A stretch of DNA of 62,370 bases, the filler included, from Nemertoderma westbladi (taxonomy: Eukaryota; Animalia; Xenacoelomorpha), in NCBI GenBank assembly GCA_032718475.1. It is 3 parts of 3 records of this genome, joined end to end, with 100 filler letters (N's around TTAATTAATTAA, not from the genome) between each part and the next. Parts side by side here need not be neighbours in the genome. Positions count along the whole stretch, not along the records: positions 51,228 to 62,370 come from JAUCBJ010004719.1; 2 more parts are not named here. One strand, given 5' to 3'. The notes under the pieces are model-generated. The model made no database searches. It saw nothing but the letters and a program-made list of their open reading frames with translations, and had not been told where the DNA came from. Made by a program: the position numbers and the translations under genes. Shown here piece by piece: positions 52,730 to 62,370 of this stretch; position 1 is the stretch's first letter, and each line of letters begins with the position of its first letter.

Positions 52730-53257
52730 TTAAACACACCCCGCCACTCGATTCAGGGCACCTTGTTTCTCCTTATTCGATTGTTTCTAGCCCAAAAATG
52801 TTTTCGCACACCAACCCTATTTATATAAACTTACCCTCTTGTTATGTGCTACATTATTAAAACCTTGTTATGTGCTACATTATTAAAACCTGAACTAGAG
52901 TTATGTTTATTTCTTTGGCCATTAGGCCTGGGATTACGCACAAGGTCTGAGTACTTATTTTCAGAGGGGTCCCCAGTACTATACTCGCCAGAGGAAACTT
53001 ACTCATTTAGGCTACCGTTTAAGGATGCAAGGCAGAGATCGCCCTGAAATTTTTGAAATTTCATAAAGAAACTTGATGCTATTGTTGAAAATTACACAAA
53101 CACGCGATTTTGTCATCACTCACCACGTTTGAGCATTTGCTGAAACTCTGCTTTAACCCACTGTATATTTATTCTGGCTGGCAGGAATTGTTGAAAAATA
53201 TCGCGAGTAAAAGTACGGAGTATCTCCGTGTCGGTGGTATCGAGACCTTTTTCGGCA

Positions 53258-54009
53258 TCTTTGATAGATGAATGTGTTTCTTTAGGTACTTGTTTGCTGG
53301 TCTAGGCTCTTTGATAGATGAATGTGTTTCTTGAGGTACTTGTTAGCTGGTCTAGGCTCTTTGATTTGATGAATGTGTTTCTTTAGGTATTTGTTTGCTG
53401 GTCTAGGCTCTTTGATAGATGAATGTGTTTCTTGGGGTACTTGTTAGCTGGTCTAGGCTCTTTGATAGATGAATGTGTTTCTTGGGGTACTTGTTAGCTG
53501 GTCTAGGCTCTTTGATAGATGAATGTGTTTCTTTAAGTACTTGTTTGCTGGTCTAGGCTCTTTGATTTGATGAATGTGTTTCTTTAGGTACTTGTTAGCT
53601 GGTCTAGGCTCTTTGATAGATGAATGTGTTTCTTTAGGTACTTGTTTGCTGGTCTAGGCTCTTTGATAGATGAATGTGTTTCTTTAGGTACTTGTTAGCT
53701 GGTCTAGGCTCTTTGATAGATGAATGTGTTTCTTGGGGTACTTGTTTGCTGGTCTAGGCTCTTTGATAGATGAATGTGTTTCTTTAGGTACTTGTTAGCT
53801 GGTCTAGGCTCTTTGATAGATGAATGTGTTTCTTGAGGTACTTGTTTGCTGGTCTAGGCTCTTTGATAGATGAATGTGTTTCTTGAGGTACTTGTTTGAT
53901 GGTCTAGCCTCTTTGATAGATGAATGTATTTCTTGAGGTACTTGTTAGCTGGTCTAGGCTCTTTGATAGATGAATGTGTTTCTTGAGGTACTTGTTTGCT
54001 AGTCTAGGC
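53258..54009. repeat. 50-bp minisatellite (CTCTTTGATAGATGAATGTGTTTCTTTAGGTACTTGTTTGCTGGTCTAGG)n, ~15 copies
   Basis: Direct reading; the period of 50 is confirmed by matching text at 53261 and 53311. Confidence 0.95.
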
Positions 54010-55759
54010 ATCGCTCAGATGTCCTAACGGTATGTACCATTACTAAACGTACCATCATATAGCTGTCTTTAAACGACCAGAGTGTTTGTAGCTCATTACC
54101 CTACCGTAATAGACATATCCCAAACAAAGAGAGTCCCACAAGAAATTAATGCAAATCCTCAAATTCTACAAATTCTATTTGTATTATTTATTTTCCTTTG
54201 TGTGCTGTAAATAATACGTGTCCGATACCCAATGCATTTTAATATATTTAATACCTCCTACAATTAAACTATTATTTTGCAACATCCTGATTTGTAACTG
54301 TAAACTCCAATTCGTAAAATTAAATACGAATTCGTAAACCGATGTTCAGATTTGTAATTAAAAATCGTAACTTGGTGGTGAGATTCATAACCTGACACAC
54401 TGATTCATAGAATGCGATTGGTAATCGCATTTGTTCTAGAACAAATGCCAAAGTGCCTTGTCCCACTCATATTGACATTACTGAACATTTTTAAAAAGAA
54501 ACTGAATTTGGTAAAGAGATCAAATGTAATTTCCATAGCTGGTCGGGAACTGTAGATGTGTTGTGTTGTATAGTCTGTGTCAATGCATCCTAACGAAATG
54601 ATGATGCAACATTATTTAACGTCATCACCTCGGAAACTAAAACTGTTGCTCCAATAGAATGCGTCCTCATACCAACACAACGTGGGTTTGTTATCCATAA
54701 ACACGTTATCCAATGAGATTAGACCACGTTTAAATGTGCAGGTGCAGTAGAACCCTATACTGTTACTGTAGTTGTGGTACCGTGGATTGAGTTGCATTGC
54801 AATTACATCCAATTATATAGTTATCGCAGCTCGTTTTCGCCATGACAAGAATAAAACCTTATAATGTTATTATAGCATAAGCTTGTTGCAATGGGTGATA
54901 GGAATGCATTGCAATTATATGAAATGATTTTAATTATCTAACATACCCGCAATTGTATAGCCTTCCCTTCCAGTTCTAAGTATTACACCATGTACGTTTG
55001 TGTGGGGAGGGCGTGGGGAGGGGGGGGGGGGGATCAGGTTCTCAGATCAGGTTCTAGTGTGAGGGTGTGTGATGGCAATAAGGATATTTAGTTTTAACAC
55101 AATCAAAGTGGTCAAAATAGAAAAATTCGAGTGTAGCCACAAATAAATATTTAATAATAATTATTACTAAAGTGTGAAAAAACAGGATATCGATTATAAC
55201 CAAACAAAATAGTATGTTCTACAGTCACGCTCTCCACCACAATCCTTTTATTCCAATCCAATTATTTGTTCCACCTACTCCACCTAAAATCCATCTGAAT
55301 CCACATTAATGGCCACTTCCACCTGATATCCATCCATAGTCCACGTACTCCACTCAACTTGTATCTTAATGTTGTTTGTCTGTCAATCATGCAACAGAAA
55401 TAAGTAACATTAATTAAAATTTACTCTGGAAAAGTGTATAATAAACCAATGAGGATCTGATTCTGCCCCAACCACAGTCTCTGTCTGACAGTTGGCAGTG
55501 TGATCATAAGGGGCGCTCGCACAATGGTCACTGCAATTTCCGGGATCATGGTGACTCTTTCACGTAATGGACACTCTAGAATTAATCCTCCTTCCTTCTA
55601 GAATTAATGACCATAGGGTATCTATTTAGATACATATGTATACATATATATTTAGTTATAAAAATATAAAAATTTTGTAACGTGCTAATAAACTATAATG
55701 ACTATGTAACTATGTAACAATAATAATAACTATGTAACGTGTAACTCATTTTAAACAGC

Positions 55760-56400
55760 AAGGTAAATCGGATTTTCATGCCTAAATAATTAATCTCGCA
55801 ATTTGCGTTTAATACGGTTTTTGACTTTATTTCCACTATATTTTGAGGTAATTTGTATCATAGAATGGCGCCGCTGTATGCCAGTGATGCCTGTCCGACA
55901 AGTTTTTTCTGGCCGATCGTGTTCCATAGTCATGTATATTACTGGATTGCGAAAAAAGCCTGAATAGTTCTGTCCTATCGTATTCGTAAAATATGTACTT
56001 AGTGCATAAACATTCCTAATTGATGTCGGTAAAGATGCCGAATGGGCAGAAAATTTAATTTCTTATAAATCGGGAAAGAATGACTCTCTTTATCAGCGTG
56101 TAATACACCGACCGGAGTTGTTACTTTTACCTGAACTTTCATTATACTGTACGACTTTTTCATGCGCTTCCCCAGACCATCAGACAATACTGCACATAGG
56201 GATTAATTAAAGAGTATTATAGCGACTTTAAAATTTATAGTGGAAACAAATTCCTTAGTTTATAAAAATTCCAGACAACTTTGAAATTTTATTTAAAATA
56301 TTCCATGTGCGCTTTCCATGATATTTTTTTCATCTATTATAATCCCTAAATACTTACTTATATCGATTTGTACAGTGCAGAGTGACTCGCCGTTGTCGAT
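55760..56400 (-). mobile_element. Decayed CR1/L2-like LINE 3' fragment
   Basis: Broken minus-strand translation includes LGIIIDEK, YKLRNLFP, LKSL, and FPIYKKLNFLPIRHLYRHQLGMFMH, typical of the post-RT region of CR1/L2-group elements. Confidence 0.6.
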
Positions 56401-57539
56401 GGCATCACTTCTTTAACTTCGTTTACATTGCTGATTTTTTACTAGAACGCTGCTTAACAAATATCAGATATTATATTCTTAGTTTCAATCGATTTGGTAA
56501 TCCCTTTTGTTATCTAAAAGGTAAGCGTAAGCGTAGTGGTTTCGAATAATTGTGAATTCTCAATTCTCAATTTTACATGTACATAGCATATTTTTAAGTC
56601 GCTATAAAAAACATCACATTATTTATTTTGGGGGACATTGTTGCTGTCCAACTGCACGGATTGGCTAAATCATGCAAAAAGTTAAATTCATTAACCCTAC
56701 TAAACCCGGGGGGGGGGGGGGGGTGGGGTCAATATGACCATTCCCGTGGTTTTTTTGTTATAACTCTGAAACAAACGCAGTGGGGAATCTGAAAATTTGT
56801 GACTTTTCCTAAAAATCTATTGTTTTCCTAATAGTGAAAACGGTTTTCAAAAATATTGGGAAGTTTTCGAGTTATGGCACCATTTTTTAACCCTACTTTT
56901 GGCACTTTTTTTAGGCGTTTTTTGAAAATTACATTTCATGAAATAAGATTTGTAACATCTCTATTTGATTTTTTCTATGATTGATTTTGATTTATACCGG
57001 TTTTTTGGTATTCGCAATTAGATGGAATTCATCTAAATAAATTTAGAAATTTCAAACCTGTTTTTTTCGGCTGGTGCCAATTTTGGTGCCATCTGTTCTA
57101 CGCACAGAGCTTAGCTTAATAATGTTATCACCTACTGTATTATACCATTATACTGTATATTAGATATGGTGAAGGGGTTTTTGCTTTATAAAATATTTAC
57201 GGTCTGTGATCAGCTGATTTTATTGCAGTACCGGTATTGCTATTCTATTACAGTATTACTTGTTCTTCTATATTCTGTGTGTCAGTCAGTCATTATGTTC
57301 AAGATTAACTGAATTGTTAATTATTATAAAAATGCTGGAAGTGACAAATTACTATATTGTTGTCCTTATTTATGTATTTTATATTAGTGGAAACAGTCTG
57401 CAACATTTCTTCGAACCGGAAAGTTTGCACCAAGAGTGCAAGCCATGAGTTCTAAACGTGGTGTGGATAATGTATTATTTTTTATTGGTGCTGCTCTTGA
57501 TTTTCCAAATAATAAATTGGGAATACTTCCAAGAATACA

Positions 57540-60141
57540 TTATCCACACCACGTTTAGAACTCATGGCTTGCAGCTTGCATTCTTGGTGCAAACTTTGCC
57601 AGTCATATGATTAGGAAGTTATTTATACCAAAGCAAATCGTTTTATGGAGTGATTCAATGCGTGCCTTACAATGGATACGTGGTGGTGCAACAAAACGTG
57701 ATGTATTTGTAGCAAATCGAGTTGAGTCAATTACGAATAATACAGATCCTCACCAATGGCATCATGTGCCTTCTGAATTAAATCCTGCGGATATCCCTTC
57801 TAGGGGATGTGATCTTATTAAACTTACTACAAATAACTTTTACAAACATGGTCCATCATTCTTGCAAGAACCAGAATATTTGTGGCCTTCTGAACCAACT
57901 TCCCCTCCACAACTTTTGATAACCGACTCTCAACAATTAAATTCATTTTCAGAGTGTAATTTAATTTCCATTCCTTCATACTCCAGGCTCTCGAAACCTG
58001 TTCGGGTATTGTCCTGATAAAGCGTTTTATTCATAACGCCCACAACCCAAAAGATAAGATAGTGGGTAATCTTTACTATTTTGAGCTTCGTAAGTCTCTG
58101 CATTTCCTTATTCTGTTTGAGCAACATTTGTTTTTCCAATGTGAAATTAATTCTCTGAAATGTAAAATGAATGGTTCTGTATCTCCCGCTTCTTCTATTC
58201 ATAAACTTCACCCCATTATTCATAATGACCTACTAGTTATGTCACCATGTACTGGCGAACCATATCTAATAATATTGCCAAAGCGAAGTCATTTAACGAA
58301 ATTAATTGCTATGGACTACCATTGTGAATTAATGCATCAAGGACCAGATGCGACATTAGCCCAAATTAGAACAAAATATTGGATTCCTGGTGGCCGTTCG
58401 TTCACTGGTGCGCCAAATGATTCATAAATGTAATGCATGTAAACGCTATCATGCCCTACCATATAAGGCTCCCGCATCAGAGTTGCAACCATTTCGACGT
58501 CAAGCTATTATTGCTCCTTTCATAGTTTCTGGAATGGAACATTTTGGCCCTATTTATGTAACAGGAGGTGAAAAAGCAGAGTGTCTTCTCTTCACATGTT
58601 CCTCTACACGAGATAAACATCTAGAACTTGTCGATAATTGTTCAACTCGTGGAACATATTTAGCTATGCGGAGATTTCTTTCATTGAGAGTACCTCCCTT
58701 TACTCATATAAGTGTCCACTCAGATAATGCAAAGGCATTCCATGCATTATCGTCCATGAAATTTCCAAATCACACTGTTACTCATCATTTTATACCAGCA
58801 CGTTCACCCCATTGGGGAGGCTGGTGGGAGAGAATGGTTCGTGTTGTAAAAACTTGTCTACGAATAACTTTCCACAAACGTCTATTTACAAAGGCTGAAC
58901 TTCGAGCTATTTTAATAGAAGTTGCAGCTGTTGTTAACATGAAACCAATTACTCCTACTACCTCGTTTGATATCAGTGATGATGCCTGTTTAACGCCCAG
59001 CCATTTCCTATATGGTATTCCTCCACCTGACAATGTTTTGGATTATCATGCCTGTAATGTTGATTCAACTACACTTCGAAAAAGTCTTCTATCACGAGAT
59101 CTAATATCTAGGCGTATTTGGAAAGCCTGGAGTGATAAATATTTGGCAGAACTACGTACATGGAATACTAAGGTGTCACCGTCATATCTACCAAAAGTGG
59201 GGGATATTGTTCTTGTAAAAGAATCTTCACCTCGAGGGAAATGGCCATTAGCACATGTAACCAAAATATTTCCAGGACGTGATAACATTCCCCGAGCTGC
59301 AGAAATTAAACTTCATGGAAAAACTCTATCCAGGTCAATACATCTCGTATTTCCTTTGGAAACTGATGTTAATGGTTTGAATGTGTCTCCTGAAACATCT
59401 ACTCAGAATTGTGGGGGTATTGATCAGTGGGTACTTTTGCACTTTAGGTCCCCACCCCTAGATTTTTTGTGTGTGTGTTTTTTATGCAAATTACACTACT
59501 ACAAGGTTAGTGTGACTATCTAGGAACATTTTTGGTATAAAAAATGTTAGATTATGTTGCACCCCCGATCAACCCTAACCCAAAACAAAAAGGTTTATTT
59601 ATTTATTTTTATTTAAAATAGTCAAGCGTTAAATCATTTTATGTAATTAAATAGCTAAAAAAAAGTACCGGTAAATTTATTTAATAAAATAGAATTCCTT
59701 GACATCGCTGAAAAATGCCTCCATCTTGTTCAGCTTTGTTTTATTTTTTTCCCTCCACATGAACTCGATGAGATAACTTTCTAGCAGTAGTCTATGAGTT
59801 CCGCATTCTCTCTTGTTTCGTTTCTTTGCACGCATCCACATATTCTCCACTGACTGCGTATGAGCTCCAGTGTCAGGATCAACGAAATTTTTGCTGTGGT
59901 TGACTGTCTCGTGATGTTCTCAGATAATGCTATTCATATTCTAGAACATAATAATATTATGTTTCCTTGATATAAAAAAATCTGGGTGGTGGGGACCTAA
60001 AGTGCAAAAGTACCGACCGATCAGTGTGCTCTACGCATCATTGGTAATCCAACCACTCCAGTTGATATGCCGTGCATTACTGACCCTCCTAAATCGAATT
60101 ATACCACTAGGTATGGACGTACTGTGAAACCACCTAAGTGA
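57540..60141 (+). pseudogene. Frameshifted BEL/Pao pol remnant (RNase H-integrase)
   Basis: ORFs 57607-58017, 58062-58427 and 58390-59429. After removing the Merlin insertion the frame continues to TRYGRTVKPPK-stop (60139-60141). Confidence 0.85.
59430..60018 (-). mobile_element. Merlin (IS1595/ISXO2-like) DNA transposon deletion derivative
   Basis: TIRs GGTACTTTTGCACTTTAGGTCCCCACC / GGTGGGGACCTAAAGTGCAAAAGTACC with 8-bp TSD GATCAGTG (59422-59429, 60019-60026). Minus strand 59677-59919 encodes HETVNHSKNFVDPDTGAHTQSVENMWMRAK...YLIEFMWR, the Merlin transposase C-terminus. Confidence 0.9.
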
Positions 60142-61619
60142 TCTTAAAATTGGACTATATCATTAGGTACAAGATACCTCCAACATTGTTTTCTTTTGCA
60201 GCATTAGAATGTCTGCAACGTGGGGGTGTGTTCTACACACAGAACTTAGCTTAATAATGTTATCACCTATTATACCATTATACTGTATATTAGATATGGT
60301 GAAGGGGTTATTGCTTTATAAAATATTTATGGTCTGTGATCAGCTGATTTTATTGCAGTACCGGTATTGCTATTCTATTACGGTATTACTTGTTCTTCTA
60401 TATTCTGTGTGTCAGTCAGTCAGTATGTTCAACATTATCTGAATTGTTAATTATTATAAAAATGCTGGAAGTGACAAATTACTATATTGTTGTCCTTATT
60501 TATGTATTTTATATTAGTGGAAACAGTCTGCAACACCATCACCAAATTTTGAAATATGTCAAATTTGTAATTTGATTGTTTGAACCTTTTTTTGCGCAGT
60601 AGGGGTTTTTGGGGCTCTGATTGCGATGGAATATATCCGAGTTGCACCAGGCGTATCAAACTTGTATTCTTCGGCGCTGTGTGCAAAATTTGGTGCCAGC
60701 ACGAAATTTTGAAAATCCATTCAATAGTTATGTAAATTGATTGTTACAACTTATTTCTCGCGTTTTAGAGGTTTATGGCAGTTCTGAATTCAATGAAATA
60801 AATAATTATCTAACTAGAGATCTCAAACTTGTATTTTTCGGAAGTGGGAGCAAAATTTGGTGCTAGCACCAAGTTTTGAAAACCACCAAATATTTCATTT
60901 GGTTGTATCACCTTGTTTCTTGCGTTATACGGGTTTATGTGGGTCCTGAATCCGATGGAATCAATAAAAACCGCACTGGACATCTCAAACTTGTACTTTT
61001 TGGTGATGGTTACGAAATTTGGTGCTTGCACCAAAATTTGCCATATTACGCCTAAAAATACGAGTAGCAAGGATCTGGTATATTAGAAATGTATTCCATT
61101 AGGATCAGCGCCCCAGAAAACCGAAAAAAATTTGTGTTCAAACTGAATAGTGCTGGTTACTTGTTTTTTTTTTTCACTTATTCCCTAAGTAGAGGACTAA
61201 AACAGCCATTTATTAACATTAATTAGCTTTAATAATGGTTGTCGGCGTTGGTTGTCGGCTGTCGGTTGTCGGCGTAGCGTTTACACCCAACTCAAACCCC
61301 ACTTTTATTTGTTAAATCAGCAGTCTACACTAAAATAAAGTTTACAGTGAAATACTCACAAAACAACAAAAGTGACCGCATTTATTGCGCACTATTAGAG
61401 CACGAGTTATAAGTAATATTCACCCCTCCTCTACCATATGCAACTTCGCGAGACTTCAAGGTATGAGACAAGGTCATTCGCCACCTCTTCCAACGTTATC
61501 AGTCATGCTGTGGCGTGGGAACTTTCCCCTCTCAAAAAAAGTAAAAAAAAAACGATCGACTCGACGAGCCGCTCTCACTCAATAGAATTTTCTGATTTAC
61601 CCATTTCTGTGTCATGTTA

Positions 61620-61712
61620 ATAGGGTTGCGGTTGGTGCGCGAAAAAATTGTTGGGCTAGAAACAATGGAATAAGGGGTAACAAGGTGCCCTGAATCGAGT
61701 GGCTGGGTGTAT
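61620..61712. repeat. Dispersed repeat, inverted copy of ~52735-52820
   Basis: TTGGGCTAGAAACAATGGAATAAGGGGTAACAAGGTGCCCTGAATCGAGTGGC is the reverse complement of GCCACTCGATTCAGGGCACCTTGTTTCTCCTTATTCGATTGTTTCTAGCCCAA, with few mismatches. Confidence 0.75.
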
Positions 61713-61993
61713 TTTTGGTGAAAACACGAGAAACGGTCGAAATGGCCGGTTTAAGGAAGACCGGGAAGCCAATTTTAAAAATCGGCTGTGATTGGCTGCT
61801 ACATATTAGACGTCACTAGGCAGTGCTCAGATTATATTGGTTTCTATGGAGGGTGATTTTCGATCGCTTTAAATACACATTTAATCTCAATCATTTCACA
61901 TGTGGCTTATATCAATTGAAAGCGGAGAGTCGTGCGCGTCTTTTGAAACTATAATTACTTAAATTCATGGGTGATGAACATTGATAAAGTGAA

Positions 61994-62070
61994 TCAATTC
62001 ACAATTATAAACTCGCAGATTGCCTGACCATACCGGTCAGGTAATCTGCGAGTTTATAATTGTGAATTGA
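61994..62070. repeat. Near-perfect 36-bp hairpin
   Basis: TCAATTCACAATTATAAACTCGCAGATTGCCTGACC-ATACC-GGTCAGGTAATCTGCGAGTTTATAATTGTGAATTGA, with one G-T pair. Confidence 0.9.
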
Positions 62071-62370
62071 AACTGAAACCACTCAATTGAACCACTCAGC
62101 CCTTTCCACCTATTGCATTAGAGTATCTGAGAATTGCTGTATTACAGCTAAAGTTGATTAAGTTGAAATGTGTACCAGTCAGCAGTAGTGTAATAGTGGT
62201 ACAGCGGTAGGTTTACTCAACCTAATGAACTTAACCAACAATACAGCAATAGGCCTACTCCGATACTGCAATGCAATAGGTGTTAGGGCTGAGTTGGTGA
62301 GTGACTGAGTGCTTGCATACGGGGTCAGGCATTCTATCAAGTTTGCAAAATATATTCAAATCAATGCAAA

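Larger units (their letters stand above)
57094..60535 (+). mobile_element. BEL/Pao LTR retrotransposon, internally deleted
   Basis: LTRs 57094-57405 and 60229-60535 (TGT...ACA) with 5-bp TSD CCATC (57089-57093, 60536-60540). tRNA-Tyr-like PBS (CTTCGAACCGGA) and G-rich PPT. RNase H motifs PRLEL, WSDS, FVANRV, NPADIPSRG; integrase motifs HLELV, SDNA, SPHWGGWWERMV, LTPSHFL, PRGKWP. Confidence 0.93.
56695..61213. mobile_element. Second (inverted) copy of the piggyBac-like element, split by the LTR retrotransposon
   Basis: Begins TTAA|CCCTACTAAACCCGGGG. Segments 56695-57090 and 60541-61213 are reverse-complement homologues of ~51495-52729. Confidence 0.75.

Overview
AT-rich, repeat-dense eukaryotic (animal-like) DNA. 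It consists of three contigs joined by artificial 100-bp linkers (N44-TTAATTAATTAA-N44 at 24343-24442 and 51128-51227). Genes: (1) an intact tRNA-Lys(UUU); (2) a spliced LIM-domain gene (PDLIM/ALP-like terminal exon 20973-21193, probable upstream exon 14471-14576); (3) an intronless, GC-rich SELENOO gene whose apparent stop (TGA 49936-49938) is a selenocysteine codon (V-S-U-S-S-stop), followed by a form-2 SECIS hairpin at 50000-50046. The rest is minisatellites/satellites (37, ~49, 54, 63, 18 and 50 bp units), 5'-truncated RTE-clade LINEs, MITEs, a degenerate CR1/L2-like LINE, and a triple nest (Merlin inside a BEL/Pao LTR element inside a piggyBac-like element). The most unusual item is a ~100-nt minus-strand unit at 41995-42097, in which a complete type I hammerhead ribozyme lies exactly between Pol III box A and box B and is followed by a T6 terminator. 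It sits next to a Penelope-like inverted structure carrying a second minimal hammerhead. All calls are by eye; no searches were run.
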